Source: Candidatus Gastranaerophilales bacterium
GTDB lineage: Bacteria; Cyanobacteriota; Vampirovibrionia; Gastranaerophilales; Gastranaerophilaceae
Length of the DNA: 64,000 nucleotides
Direction: 5' to 3'
Assembly (NCBI GenBank): GCA_944324405.1
Contig: CALUWF010000003.1
Span: 8,890-72,889, forward strand
Part shown: positions 18,117-29,600 of the stretch, one piece after another
How positions within the stretch are numbered: position 1 is the stretch's first letter
How the letters are laid out: every line of letters starts with the position of its first letter
Position numbers and translations under genes: made by a program
The notes under the pieces: model-generated
What the model saw: the letters and a program-made list of their open reading frames with translations, nothing else
Told to the model about the DNA's origin: nothing
Database searches by the model: none

Positions 18117-19091
18117 TTATTTTTTTCTGAAAATATCTGAAATTTTTCTTGCCGCCTGTTGCAGCTTATTCGGTGCTTCAATTGGCTCAAGATAAATTTC
18201 AGATGATTCTGAATATGCCGAACTAAAAGGATGCAGACAATATGCCATGTCTTGTTTTTGAGTTTTCATATCCGTTATTTTATATTTCCCGCGTGATGTA
18301 TATTTTATTCTTTGCAGATGGCTGCCGTCAAATTCGTCGTAAATATCCTGGCGAACAAGCCACGGATGATTTGCCGAATAATATTTCGAGCGCATTTTTA
18401 TAGCGGATCTGCCTTCCTGTGAAAAATCAACGGCATGGCATGTATCATTTACGTAATCGGAAACAAAAAATCTTTTCAATTTACCTTTAAGACTGTAGTT
18501 TAGGCAATACTCTTTTGCCTTTTTGCCTTTTTCATATTGGGTTATGCTCTTTGAATAAAAACTTTCGCCGGGTTCGCCTGTTTCTATAAAAACCGTATCC
18601 ACTTTGTTTCTGCGATATTCTTTAAAAAGTTCGCCATTTATATACGATTTTGAAATTTTACCCTTGTGATATTCTACCGTGATTTCTCCTTGGCTGTTTA
18701 ATGTTTTCATAACGCCGCTAAAAGGAGAATTATCAGTATTAAAAACATAAGCGCCCTTTTTCTTAACATCAACAAGTGCACCGTTATTTGCCAAATACAT
18801 TTTAGTACCTTGTTTGAGCTTATCTTCAATTGCGGCAACGGGCTTATGTTTATCTTCAAGTATAAGAGGGGCCAAATTTGCCTTTTTACTTTCAAATACG
18901 TCATTTAAAAGGCGTCCTCTGCCTCTTAACAAAGCAAAAGCTGCAACTCCGCCGCCTGCAACCAGGGCAAACGCCGCAACTTTTAAAGCTTTTTTCTTAA
19001 AATCCGAATAATCCCTTCGCTTGGTATAGTCACTATACATTCCTATTTTCTTAATCATGTTTTGCACCTTATTTTTTATTTGCATGTACAA
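18117..19091 (-). CDS. membrane-anchored protein, paralog family with 19649-20881
   Basis: Short basic N-terminus, one TM (ALKVAAFALVAGGGVAAFALL), then the shared motif PFSGVMKTLNSQGEITVEYHKGKISKSYINGELFKEY. Confidence 0.6.
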   Translation of the reverse strand: MYMQIKNKVQNMIKKIGMYSDYTKRRDYSDFKKKALKVAAFALVAGGGVAAFALLRGRGRLLNDVFESKKANLAPLILEDKHKPVAAIEDKLKQGTKMYLANNGALVDVKKKGAYVFNTDNSPFSGVMKTLNSQGEITVEYHKGKISKSYINGELFKEYRRNKVDTVFIETGEPGESFYSKSITQYEKGKKAKEYCLNYSLKGKLKRFFVSDYVNDTCHAVDFSQEGRSAIKMRSKYYSANHPWLVRQDIYDEFDGSHLQRIKYTSRGKYKITDMKTQKQDMAYCLHPFSSAYSESSEIYLEPIEAPNKLQQAARKISDIFRKK

Positions 19092-19105
19092 AACATGTGA
19101 AAAAA

Positions 19106-19570
19106 TTATTTTGCGTTTAGGAATTTTTGAACATTTGTGCCCATATATTCTTCTTTTATTTTAAAACCGTTTTTGGTTTTTGTGATTATAAAATGAGCAG
19201 GGAGTCCTGTTTTATCGTTTCTTGGAATTCTTATTGCAGATAGTTTATAATCACTTCCGGATTTTGTAACTTTTTGATTTTCATAACGGTTTTTATATTT
19301 AACCGTTTTTGCCAAAACCGCGCCTTTTTTAAGCTCTTGTAAGTATCTGTCAAAAGGTATTACGACATCTTGCGTCGTGCCGTCGGGCTTATATACAACG
19401 CGTACGATTTTTGCGTTTGGAACATAATAAGAAGGCAAGTTTGTCGCATAAGTATTTGAGGCATTAACAAAATTATTAAAAAAAGTTTTAACATCGCTTA
19501 TTTCATCCGCAAAAACGCCCGGCGCAAAAACAAAAGCGAAAAACAGTGTTAGTATTATTTTTTTTAACAT
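19106..19570 (-). CDS. secreted protein, unknown function
   Basis: The best start is the ATG at 19570 with AGGAG 6 nt upstream. That gives MLKKIILTLFFAFVFAPGVFADE, a classic signal peptide. The listed ORF start at 19642 is probably too far upstream. Confidence 0.6.
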   Translation of the reverse strand: MLKKIILTLFFAFVFAPGVFADEISDVKTFFNNFVNASNTYATNLPSYYVPNAKIVRVVYKPDGTTQDVVIPFDRYLQELKKGAVLAKTVKYKNRYENQKVTKSGSDYKLSAIRIPRNDKTGLPAHFIITKTKNGFKIKEEYMGTNVQKFLNAK

Positions 19571-19648
19571 ATTCACTCCTTGTATAAATCGCATAACTAT
19601 TTTATCACTAAAAACAATTATGGAAAATACACCTTCGGACAATTAGCA

Positions 19649-20881
19649 CTAGCCCAAAGAAGCAATAAATTGTGCGACTTTATCACAGTCAAAATCAAAG
19701 CCGTTTTCTTTTGCTTTATTGAGCGCATCTAAAACACAAGACTTTAAATAACCCGTTTTTGTTTCATCCAATGCTGCAGTATTAAACGGCTGTCCGTCTT
19801 TTAAGACAAAGACCGCACGTGCATACGGAGCATTATTTTCATTTAATTCTATGATGAGTTTTTTACCCGAAATATTCATATTTACCGGAAGTTCAATTTC
19901 AAGAGTCCTTAATGTATCGCCGCTCCTGCTTATGCTTTTAAGTACGTTTGTAATAGGATTTTTCTTATCAAGAGTAATTTCGTTTTGTGCCACAATGTCA
20001 CCCTGGCGATAATATTTTGCGAATTGAGGATTTTTAATTTTATAATCCGCGGCTCTTGTCATGATTAAATCATAATCTTCAAGCTTACCGCCCGTTACAA
20101 CTGTTGTGCCGTCATCAAGATATTTTGTTATGGTATTTAGACCTTTATCTTTAGATATTGAAGCGCTCAGGGCCCCGCCGTTGTATAGTTCGCCCCTCGG
20201 GGAAAGCTTTTCCGTATGAATACGGGAACTTATCATGCCATCTTGAATATCAATTGCATCAAAAGCTTTTTGAGTTGAATATTTGACGCTGCGGTTCACT
20301 CTGCCGTCTTTATCAAATATATGATAATAAAATTCCTTTGGAAGCTCATCTTCAACAAGACTTATTTTAGTCCCCTGTGTCCTTGGATATTTAGGGCTGT
20401 CGGCTGCCAAAATTTTTGACGGAATGCCTTCAAGAGTGTCATAGGTTTTGAACAATGTATCATTTTTGTAAGATTCACTCATAAATCCGTCTTGGAAGTT
20501 GATTTTTATTTTATCACCTTTTTTATTTACGGTTTCCATAATTCCGCTAAAGGATGTGCCATCTTGCATTATTGCTTTTCCACCCTTAAGAAAAGCTCCT
20601 TGGACTTCATCACCGGACTTTGTGAAAAATTTCAGCGCACTGTTTAGCTCGGGATTTTTTCCTTTTGCCGTTTTTGCAACCGCCACCGCAACAGCAACCG
20701 CAGCAGCACCTAAAATACCAAGTGCCGCAAGAGTTTTGTTTATTTTCTTTGAATTATTCGACTCATCTCGCAATGGCTGCGATGATGTATTCGCATTCTC
20801 GCTTTGAAGCTTTATGCCTTGTTCTGAAGGATTTGCAAGCGCTTTGGCATTTAAAAGATATTTATTTGTAACAGAATCCAT
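19649..20881 (-). CDS. membrane-anchored protein, paralog family with 18117-19091
   Basis: About 50-aa polar N-terminus, a TM (LAALGILGAAAVAVAVAVA), then SFSGIMETVNKKGDKIKINFQDGFMSESYKNDTLFKTY, which matches the motif in the 324-aa neighbour. Confidence 0.6.
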   Translation of the reverse strand: MDSVTNKYLLNAKALANPSEQGIKLQSENANTSSQPLRDESNNSKKINKTLAALGILGAAAVAVAVAVAKTAKGKNPELNSALKFFTKSGDEVQGAFLKGGKAIMQDGTSFSGIMETVNKKGDKIKINFQDGFMSESYKNDTLFKTYDTLEGIPSKILAADSPKYPRTQGTKISLVEDELPKEFYYHIFDKDGRVNRSVKYSTQKAFDAIDIQDGMISSRIHTEKLSPRGELYNGGALSASISKDKGLNTITKYLDDGTTVVTGGKLEDYDLIMTRAADYKIKNPQFAKYYRQGDIVAQNEITLDKKNPITNVLKSISRSGDTLRTLEIELPVNMNISGKKLIIELNENNAPYARAVFVLKDGQPFNTAALDETKTGYLKSCVLDALNKAKENGFDFDCDKVAQFIASLG

Positions 20882-20947
20882 AAAATTAAAACCTTTTTTC
20901 TTATGTAAAATTACAAAACATATGATAGAAAAAAATTGCTAACCAAA

Positions 20948-20992
20948 TTTAAAAAAATAAAAAACGGGCGGAAGTAAAAACTCCCGCCCGTT
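20948..20992 (-). terminator. rho-independent terminator after rpoC2
   Basis: Read on the minus strand: ACGGGCGGGAG-TTTTTA-CTTCCGCCCGT (one mismatch), followed by TTTTTTATTTTTTT. Confidence 0.75.
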
Positions 20993-21005
20993 TTGGCAAA
21001 TTAAA

Positions 21006-24000
21006 TTATTCAATGGTAAAATCCGGCGCCCCGAACATGCCTTCTATTTCTTCAAGGATTGCTGAGGGTTTTCTTGCCTGATTTTTCTGTTGAGCTCTCT
21101 TAAGGGCTTCTTTTTCTTTCTCTTCGTTTGCATTGATAAGGTGGTAATAGCCCGTGCCGGCAGGTATTAAACGTCCGATGATAACGTTTTCTTTAAGACC
21201 GCGCAGCATATCTTTTTTGCCTTCAACTGCTGCTTCCGTCAGAATTCTTGTAGTTTCTTGGAAAGATGCAGCCGAGATAAAGCTTTCCGTATTCAAAGAA
21301 GCTTTTGTGATACCAAGCAGAAGTGCTTCATAAGTAGCTTTTTCACCGCCTTGTTTTTCCACTTCGGCATTTTGCGCTTCAATTTCTTTAAGCTCAACAA
21401 GCTCGCCTGGCAGAAGTTTTGTAGTACCCGAGTCAACAACGCGGACTTTTTTAATCATCTGACGAACGATAACTTCCACGTGTTTGTCGGCAATTTCTAC
21501 GCCTTGAGAGCGGTATACTCTTTGTACTTCATCTACAAGATACTGTTGAGCAGCATTTGCGCCTCTTAACCTGATAACGTCATGAGGGTTCAGAGGGCCC
21601 GAAGTAAGCGCCTGACCTTTAACGATTTTTTGTTTATCCATAACAATAACGCTTGATTCAATCGGATATTTAATTTCCGTTCTGCCGTTTTCGTTTACAA
21701 TAAACAATCTTGCAACATCATCTTCGTATTCAATTTCCGCTACACCGTCTTCTTCCGCAACGATAGCACAGTCTTTCGGCTTTCTTGCTTCAAGAAGTTC
21801 TTCAACACGCGGAAGACCTTGGACGATGTCGCCTGTTTTTTGTCTTTCAAATACAAGTGTTGCAAGCAAATCGCCCCTTAAAATAAGAGCGGAATTATCA
21901 ACCTGTAAAAGTGTACCGGGGCTTATTAAGTGAGGTCTGCCAACCCTTATGGTAACAGATTTAGGTGTAACATCAACTACACGGCCCGAGCAGGTTGAAG
22001 TTTCTCCGGAAGATGAAATGACCGCATCAAGCTTAACAAATTCGCCCGCTTTAACCGTGGGTTTTGATTTAAGTTCGATTACGTTTTCATAAGCGTCAGA
22101 CACAAGTAAGAGTCTTCTTAATTCTTTGTCTGCTGATTTTATGCTTGCAACAGAGTCATTTACCGAGAGTACCTGAGTTTTTGTAACGGGGGTTCTCGGT
22201 TCAATTATTTGACCGTTTTCAACAAGAAGCTCGGTTTGAGTTGATGAAAGCATTCTTGAACCTTCTTCCTGTTCGCGACGCACGATAAGCGTTTCAAGAA
22301 CGACGATTTTTAAGCTGCCTTCTTTGTCAAGTTCGACAAGGCCTTTAAGATGGCTTAAATAGCCGCCCATTGAAAGTACAAGGGAAGTCCTTGTGAGCAC
22401 AGCGCCGTCAAGGTTTCTGACACGTGCGCCGTCTTTAAATTGCAATTGCGTCAAAGGAACGATTTCAATAGCGTCATCTGTTGTATTGAACTCAATTGAA
22501 ACGTCTTTAGGTTTAATTTCAAACCTTTGAATAGGTCTGATAAGGATTTGAACGGATTTATTTTCGATATTGTCTTCTTCAACGATATCTTCTGTTATTT
22601 CTTCATCCAAATCATCAATTTCAAGCACATCAGACTCATTTTCAACAATAGTTACAATTGAGTCAACTTTTGCTTTAATTCCTGCCGCAACAATTGTGCC
22701 CGCTTTTACAACTTCACCTTCATCCACTTTTAAGTCGTTAATCGATTCAAGCGTGTGAATTTCACCCGGGCGGATAACAACTTCGTGAATAATATCGTTA
22801 AATTCTTTGATTTCAACAATACCGTCGATGTGAGTGTATAGGTCTTTTACAACTTCGGTGCCCGCTTCAACGTATGTGCCTGATTCAACCAATTTTAGAG
22901 ATGAATCTTTTGAAATCTGGTGGATTTCTTCGGGAATAAATATTGCCTCACCCGCTTTTGTAACGACTTGATTTTCATCAACTTCAACGCCGTTGTAGCG
23001 GATTTCACCCGAAGATTCAACTTTGTGTTCTTCATCAATCAGCTCGGCTATTATCATACCGTTTTCAACCGTTGTATCAATAGGGCATTTAACGATATAT
23101 TTTTCGCCCGTTTTATCAACAGTCCAAAATTGTTCTTTTTTGGTTTGTTCAAATGTTGCATTTGAAGGCTGGATTGAAGCGATAACAATTGTGAGTTCTT
23201 TACCTGCAACGATTTTTCTAATCTTTTTGCCTTCAAATTTAACTTCTTCAATTTGCAGCGAATCACCTACGCGAACTTCACCGCCATGCTCAGATACGAT
23301 GAGCGTTTCGGCAAGTTTTTCACCTTTTTTAATTTTCTGGCCGTCAGATACAAGAACCTTTGAACCTGCGGGCAGTGTGTAAACATCGCCGCCCAAAACC
23401 CAAACAATACCTTGTTTGTTTGAAGTTCTTGAGATGTTGCCTTGTCTGTCTTTCTTTTCATCCGCTACAAAGTCTTCAAAAACGACTTCGCCCGAGATAT
23501 CTGATGTAATATCTTTTGTAGCTTTTTCGGTCAAACGGGAGCCGTCGCCTTTTGAAACGGGTTCGTACTCGGCGATTTCCTGACCTTTTTTAACTTCCGC
23601 GCCTTCGTTTGCAAAAATTTTCGCACCCGAGGGAACGTGAACTTTGTGGCTTGTGCCCTTTTTGTCGACTATTTCAATATCAACTTCTTTAATTGCAACC
23701 TGAACGACATCCCCGTGACGTGTTCTCAATTCACGCGTTTTAACAGATGTTTTAACGGTACCGTCAACGGGAGCTTCAACGTGTTTCATTGCACCCGAAC
23801 CTTTAAATACACCGCCCGTGTGGAATGTTCTCATTGTAAGCTGCGTACCGGGTTCACCGATTGACTGTGCCGCAATGATACCGATTGCCTCGCCGATATC
23901 AACGAGTTTTTGTGTTGTCATTGCCCAGCCGTAGCACTTTTGGCATATACCGTATTCAAGTTCGCAGGTAAGAGTGGAGCGAACATCAACTTCTTTTAGT

Positions 24001-24857
24001 TTTAGCGCTTTAATTTTAGCCAAATCTTCACGGTTAACCGTTGTATTTTTAGTTACAATAACATTTCCGTCTTTATCAAGAATATCCTGAGCAACGGTTC
24101 TGCCAAGCAGCCTGTCTTCAAGAGGAACAATAACTTCATCTCCGTCCGTGATTGCGGTTAATTTAATTGATTTATTTGTATGGCAGTCTTCTTCACGGAT
24201 AATAACATCTTGAGCAACGTCAACAAGACGACGTGTCAAATATCCTGAGTCCGCCGTTTTAAGCGCCGTATCTACAAGACCTTTACGGGCACCGTATGAG
24301 GAGATAATGTATTCCGTAACGGACAGACCTTCTTTAAAGTTGGATTTAATGGGCAAGTCGATAATCTGGCCCTGTGCGTCTGCCATCAGCCCGCGCATAC
24401 CGACAAGCTGTGAAACCTGTGACAAGTTACCTCTTGCACCGGAGAATGCCATCATATAAACGGGGTTTAATCTGTCAAAGTTTTCAACAACCTGCTCGGT
24501 GAGTTTAGCGGTAGTTTCAGACCAGGTGTCGATAACTTTTGTATATCTTTCAACTTCCGTGATTTCACCTTTTAAATATCTGTTTGTTGATTCTTCAATT
24601 TGATTTTGCGCTTCTTCAAGGAGCTGTTGTTTAACTTTTGGAACGCTCAGGTCATGAATTGAAATTGTGGTGCCTGCTTTTGTTGCATATTTAAAACCTA
24701 AGTTTTTAAGGTTGTTTGCAAGCTCAGCCGTCTTTGCACCGCCCCATTCCAGATACATTTGTGATAAAAGTTTTCTCAAGCCGCCTTTATCAACAATTCT
24801 GTTAATAAATTCAACTGTATGTTTTTTCTTTTTACTCTGCGGAGTTAAAGTAGTCAT
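21006..24857 (-). CDS. rpoC2: DNA-directed RNA polymerase subunit beta' (C-terminal part, cyanobacterial-type RpoC2)
   Basis: It contains the bridge-helix and trigger-loop regions (SGARGN, GLMADAQG, SYGARKGLVDTALKTADSGYLTRRLVDV, MRTFHTGGVF at aa 342-351, GDIVQGLPRVEELLEARKP from aa 1009). Confidence 0.97.
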   Translation of the reverse strand: MTTLTPQSKKKKHTVEFINRIVDKGGLRKLLSQMYLEWGGAKTAELANNLKNLGFKYATKAGTTISIHDLSVPKVKQQLLEEAQNQIEESTNRYLKGEITEVERYTKVIDTWSETTAKLTEQVVENFDRLNPVYMMAFSGARGNLSQVSQLVGMRGLMADAQGQIIDLPIKSNFKEGLSVTEYIISSYGARKGLVDTALKTADSGYLTRRLVDVAQDVIIREEDCHTNKSIKLTAITDGDEVIVPLEDRLLGRTVAQDILDKDGNVIVTKNTTVNREDLAKIKALKLKEVDVRSTLTCELEYGICQKCYGWAMTTQKLVDIGEAIGIIAAQSIGEPGTQLTMRTFHTGGVFKGSGAMKHVEAPVDGTVKTSVKTRELRTRHGDVVQVAIKEVDIEIVDKKGTSHKVHVPSGAKIFANEGAEVKKGQEIAEYEPVSKGDGSRLTEKATKDITSDISGEVVFEDFVADEKKDRQGNISRTSNKQGIVWVLGGDVYTLPAGSKVLVSDGQKIKKGEKLAETLIVSEHGGEVRVGDSLQIEEVKFEGKKIRKIVAGKELTIVIASIQPSNATFEQTKKEQFWTVDKTGEKYIVKCPIDTTVENGMIIAELIDEEHKVESSGEIRYNGVEVDENQVVTKAGEAIFIPEEIHQISKDSSLKLVESGTYVEAGTEVVKDLYTHIDGIVEIKEFNDIIHEVVIRPGEIHTLESINDLKVDEGEVVKAGTIVAAGIKAKVDSIVTIVENESDVLEIDDLDEEITEDIVEEDNIENKSVQILIRPIQRFEIKPKDVSIEFNTTDDAIEIVPLTQLQFKDGARVRNLDGAVLTRTSLVLSMGGYLSHLKGLVELDKEGSLKIVVLETLIVRREQEEGSRMLSSTQTELLVENGQIIEPRTPVTKTQVLSVNDSVASIKSADKELRRLLLVSDAYENVIELKSKPTVKAGEFVKLDAVISSSGETSTCSGRVVDVTPKSVTIRVGRPHLISPGTLLQVDNSALILRGDLLATLVFERQKTGDIVQGLPRVEELLEARKPKDCAIVAEEDGVAEIEYEDDVARLFIVNENGRTEIKYPIESSVIVMDKQKIVKGQALTSGPLNPHDVIRLRGANAAQQYLVDEVQRVYRSQGVEIADKHVEVIVRQMIKKVRVVDSGTTKLLPGELVELKEIEAQNAEVEKQGGEKATYEALLLGITKASLNTESFISAASFQETTRILTEAAVEGKKDMLRGLKENVIIGRLIPAGTGYYHLINANEEKEKEALKRAQQKNQARKPSAILEEIEGMFGAPDFTIE

Positions 24858-24895
24858 TTTTTATATTTTCCTCATTATGTTCAGTTACATTTAAA

Positions 24896-26608
24896 TTAAG
24901 CAAGAATTGATTTTCTTACGACTTCATTGAAAACAATTCTGCCGGGAGTTGTTTCAATTCTTTCACCGTTATCATCACGGACGACTATTTTGTCATGGAG
25001 TTTAACAATTCCCGATTCAAGAGCCGAGATTGCATCCATATAATCATGGAAATAACCCTTAATCGGAGCGTTTTCGTCTTTCAGGATAGTAAGGTAATAA
25101 ATACCCAAAACCATATCCTGAGAAGGTGTGATGATAGGTTTGCCCGTCGCGGGTGCAAGAATGTTATTTGTTGCAAGCATTAACATTCTAGCCTCAGCCT
25201 GAGCTTCGATTGAAAGCGGCACGTGAACAGCCATCTGGTCACCGTCAAAGTCGGCGTTAAATGCCGTACATACAAGCGGGTGAAGCTGAATTGCGCGCCC
25301 TTCTACAAGGATAGGCTCAAATGCTTGAATACCGAGCCTGTGCAAGGTGGGGGCACGGTTTAACATAACAGGGTGTCCGTCTACCACCTCTTCAAGGATA
25401 TCCCAAACAATGGGTTCCGAGCGCTCAATTTTCTTTTTGGCTGATTTAATGTTTTGTACCAAGCCGCGCTCGATTAATTTATTAACAACGAAAGGTTTAA
25501 ACAGCTCGATTGCCATTTCTTTTGGCAAACCGCACTGATTAAGGCTCAGCTGGGGGCCGACTACGATAACCGAACGACCCGAGTAGTCAACACGTTTACC
25601 GAGCAGGTTTTGTCTGAAACGACCCTGTTTACCTTCGATGATATTCGATAAAGATTTAAGAGGTCTGGAATTTGGCCCTACAACCGTTCTTCCGCGTCTG
25701 CCGTTATCAATTAGAGCATCAACGGCTTCCTGAAGCATACGTTTTTCGTTGCGAACGATAATTTCCGGAGCACCCATCTCTAAAAGTCTTAAAAGACGGT
25801 TGTTACGGTTGATAACACGTCTGTACAGGTCGTTTAAATCTGACGTTGCAAAACGTCCGCCGTCTAATTGCACCATAGGACGCAAATCCGGAGGAGTGAT
25901 GGGAAGTACATCCATAATAAACCAGGTAGGTTCTGTTCCCGATTCAATTAAAGATTCAACAAGTCTTAATCTCTTGATTAATTTTGCTCTTTTTTGAACG
26001 GAGCCGCCTGCGGCGTCTAACTCGCCCCTGATTTCGTTTGCAAGTTCGTCGAGTTTAATTTCCGCCAGAAGGTCTTTTATAACCTCTGCACCTATACCGA
26101 CTTTAAGAGTAGAGTCCTCATTTTCAAGGATATAATCTTCGTATTCCTCTTCGGTTAAGAGCTGAAGCTTTTTAAAGGGGCTTTCTCCGCCGTCAACTAC
26201 AACGTAGTTGTTAAAGTAGATAACCTGTTCAAGGTCTTTTAAAGTCATATCAAGCAAAAGACCAAGATAGGAAGGAATGCCCTTTAAAAACCAGATATGG
26301 CTCACGGGAGCCGCAAGTTTTATGTGCCCCATACGGTGACGGCGCACTTTTGAGTCGGTAACTTCTACACCGCAGCGCTCGCAGATAATACCTTTGTGAC
26401 GGACTCTTTTATACTTACCGCAATAGCATTCCCAGTCTTTTGAAGGCCCAAAAATCCTTTCGCAGAAAAGACCGTCGCGCTCGGGTTTTAAAGTACGATA
26501 GTTAATAGTTTCTGGCTTTGTAACCTCGCCGTATGACCATTTCAATATGCGCTCGGGAGAGGCAATTGAAATTCTTATATAATCAAAATAATCAATACTA
26601 GTAGACAA
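24896..26608 (-). CDS. rpoC1: DNA-directed RNA polymerase subunit gamma (N-terminal part of beta', RpoC1)
   Basis: Zn-finger [23 protein letters not shown], and the catalytic [12 protein letters not shown]. It ends where the cyanobacterial gamma subunit ends. TTG start in the ORF track. Confidence 0.97.
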   Translation of the reverse strand: MSTSIDYFDYIRISIASPERILKWSYGEVTKPETINYRTLKPERDGLFCERIFGPSKDWECYCGKYKRVRHKGIICERCGVEVTDSKVRRHRMGHIKLAAPVSHIWFLKGIPSYLGLLLDMTLKDLEQVIYFNNYVVVDGGESPFKKLQLLTEEEYEDYILENEDSTLKVGIGAEVIKDLLAEIKLDELANEIRGELDAAGGSVQKRAKLIKRLRLVESLIESGTEPTWFIMDVLPITPPDLRPMVQLDGGRFATSDLNDLYRRVINRNNRLLRLLEMGAPEIIVRNEKRMLQEAVDALIDNGRRGRTVVGPNSRPLKSLSNIIEGKQGRFRQNLLGKRVDYSGRSVIVVGPQLSLNQCGLPKEMAIELFKPFVVNKLIERGLVQNIKSAKKKIERSEPIVWDILEEVVDGHPVMLNRAPTLHRLGIQAFEPILVEGRAIQLHPLVCTAFNADFDGDQMAVHVPLSIEAQAEARMLMLATNNILAPATGKPIITPSQDMVLGIYYLTILKDENAPIKGYFHDYMDAISALESGIVKLHDKIVVRDDNGERIETTPGRIVFNEVVRKSILA

Positions 26609-26643
26609 CTTTTATTCTCCTTAACTGTTGTTTAATAATCATC

Positions 26644-29600
26644 TTAGTCTTTAAAGCTTGTAGGTGTTTCAAAGAAGTTAATGTTCAGCAGTTCGCTGTC
26701 CATATCGGATAAAACACGCTTTGGAGCTGATTTTCTCAAATCATCCGTATCCGACATTAAATCAACTTCTTCGCCGCCTTTCTTGGACACCGCAATATCT
26801 AAGCCGATACTTTGCAGTTCGCGTACAAGTACTTTAAACGACTCGGGAATACCCGGACGAGGTATATTATCACCTTTGACTATAGCTTCATAAGCTCTGC
26901 TTCTGCCGTTAACGTCATCTGATTTGATTGTAAGCATTTCTTGCAGAGTATATGCCGCGCCGTACGCTTCAAGCGCCCAAACTTCCATCTCGCCAAATCT
27001 TTGACCGCCGAATTGAGCTTTACCGCCCAGGGGTTGTTGTGTAACAAGCGAGTACGGGCCGGTTGAGCGGGCGTGGATTTTATCGTCAACCAGGTGGACA
27101 AGTTTTAATATGTATGAAAGACCGACTGCAACAGGCTCATCAAAAGGTTCACCCGTTCTTCCGTCGTAAAGTGTAACTTTACCGTCTTCTCTTACCCAGT
27201 CGCAGCCTGATTCTTTAATACCCTTAAGCAGCTCTTCTTTTGTTGCAATTTCGGACTGGTTAGCCCCGTACATTTCATCAAAAGAAGGTGCTTCATAGTA
27301 ATTTCCTGTCAAATATGCAGCCAAACCGAGCAGCAGTTCATAAGTTTGACCCACGTTCATACGGGAAGGAACACCAAGAGGGTTTAGAACTATATCAAGC
27401 GGTGTACCGTCAGGCAAGAAGGGCATGTCTTCTTTTGGAAGAATTCTTGAAACAATACCTTTGTTACCGTGGCGGCCCGATAATTTATCACCGACGGAGA
27501 TTTTACGTTTTTGGGCGATGTACACACGAATTACCGTATTAGCGCCCGGAGGAAGCTCGTCGCCTTTTTCGCGGTCAAACACTTTAACGTCGACCACCCT
27601 TCCGCCTTCACCGTGCGGTACGCGAAGCGAGTTGTCTTTTACGTCGCGTGCTTTTTCCGCAAATATCGCGCGCAGAAGTTTTTCTTCCGGCGGATGTTCC
27701 GATTCGCCCTTGGGAGTGATTTTACCGACAAGAATGTCATCGGCATAAACTCTTGCGCCGATTCTTACAATGCCGCGCTCATCAAGGTGTCTGATTGAAT
27801 CCTCGGAAACGTTGGGAACTTCGCGGGTGATTTCTTCGGGGCCGAGTTTTGTCTGGCGTGCGTCTATTTCAAGTTTTTCAATGTGAACGGATGTAAATAC
27901 GTCATCGTATACAAGGCGTTCGCTGATTAAAATAGCATCTTCAAAGTTATATCCTTCCCAAGGCATATAAGCAACAAGCACGTTTTTACCGAGTGCAAGT
28001 TCGCCCTGGTGGGTTGAAGCACCGTCTGCAATAACATCGCCGGCTTTAACTTTATCGCCTGCGCGAACGATAGGTCTTTGGTTAATGCAGGTGTCTTGGT
28101 TTGAGCGGACATATTTTAATAAAGGATACTGATAAATTTTGCCGTCGTCGCCTTTAATGTGGATTTCTTCACCCACAACTCTTATTACTTCACCGTCCAC
28201 TTCAGAGCATGTTACCATGCAAGAGTCTTTTGCGGCGCGCTTTTCAAGACCCGTTCCCACAACCGGACGTTGTGTAACAAGCAGAGGAACAGCCTGGCGC
28301 TGCATGTTTGAACCCATAAGCGCACGGTTCGCGTCATCGTGCTCGATAAACGGAATCAAAGATGTTGCAACAGATATTATCTGAATTGGGCAAACACCGA
28401 CATAGTCAACTTTTTTAGATTCGCCCATTGTAAATTCTGATCTGTAACGAACAGGCACATATTCTTCTTTAATGCTTCTGTCAGGGTTTAATTGAATATC
28501 GGCGGGAGCAACACGGTAGTTTTCATCCTCATCCGCCGTCAGGTAGTGAACTTCATCTGTTACTACACCGTCTTTTACAACAAAGAAAGGTGTTTCAATA
28601 AAGCCGTAATCGTTAACACGGGCATGCGTTGCAAGCGAACCGATAAGACCTGCGTTAGGACCTTCAGGTGTTTCAACAGGACAAATACGTCCGTAGTGGG
28701 AAGGGTGAATGTCGCGGACTGCAAAGCCTGCACGTTCTCTCATCAAACCGCCGGGGCCAAGGGCCGAAATACGTCTTTTGTGAGTAAGCTCAGCCAGAGG
28801 GTTTGTCTGGTCCATAAACTGTGACAACTGTGAAGAACCGAAAAACTCTTTTAAAGACGCAACAAGCGGTTTTGTATTTAAAAGGTTTAAAGGTGTTAAA
28901 GTTTCACTGTCCTGCAAAGTCATTCTTTCTTTAACAATTCTTTCGATACGGCTTAAACCGACTCTGAATTGGTTTTGCAAAAGTTCGCCGACCGAGCGGA
29001 TACGACGATTGCCGAGGTGGTCAATATCATCAAGAGTTCCTTCGTCGTATGTTAAATTAATAAGGTACTCAATACCCGCAACGATATCTTGAACGGTGAT
29101 TGTTCTTTGTGTTTCGGGAAGGTTAAGACCTAATTTTTTATTTAATTTATAACGGCCGACTTTACCTATATCGTATTTCTTTTCATCAAAGAAACGAGCC
29201 TCTAAGATGGAGCGTCCGCCGGCTGCCGATGCGGGGTCGCCGGGGCGAAGTTTTTTGTAAACTTCAATAAGTGCTTCATCTGTTGAGTTTGTAGTATCTT
29301 TTTCTAAAGTTTTCTTTAAAAATTCAAAGTGGGTAAATAAAGATTCCATTTCAACAGGGGTAATGCCGAGCGCTTTTAATAAAGTTGTAGCAAGAATTTT
29401 CCTGTTTTTATCAATTTTAACGTATACAAGGTCATTTGAATCTGTTTCTATTTTAAGCCACGCACCGCGGTTAGGGATTAAAGTAGCGTTATACAAACGT
29501 TTTCCCGTTGGTGAAACTTCTTTTTTATAGTAGATACCGGGCGAGCGCACGATTTGCGAAACAATGACACGCTCCGCACCGTTGACGATAAATGTACCTT

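Noticed and set aside
20678-20712. GCA/ACC/GCC-rich imperfect repeat encoding (AV)n in the TM helix of the 410-aa protein; a similar VAAFAL duplication occurs at 18930-18990
   Set aside because: The repeats are imperfect at the DNA level and simply encode a small-residue TM helix. There is no evidence of a contingency locus.
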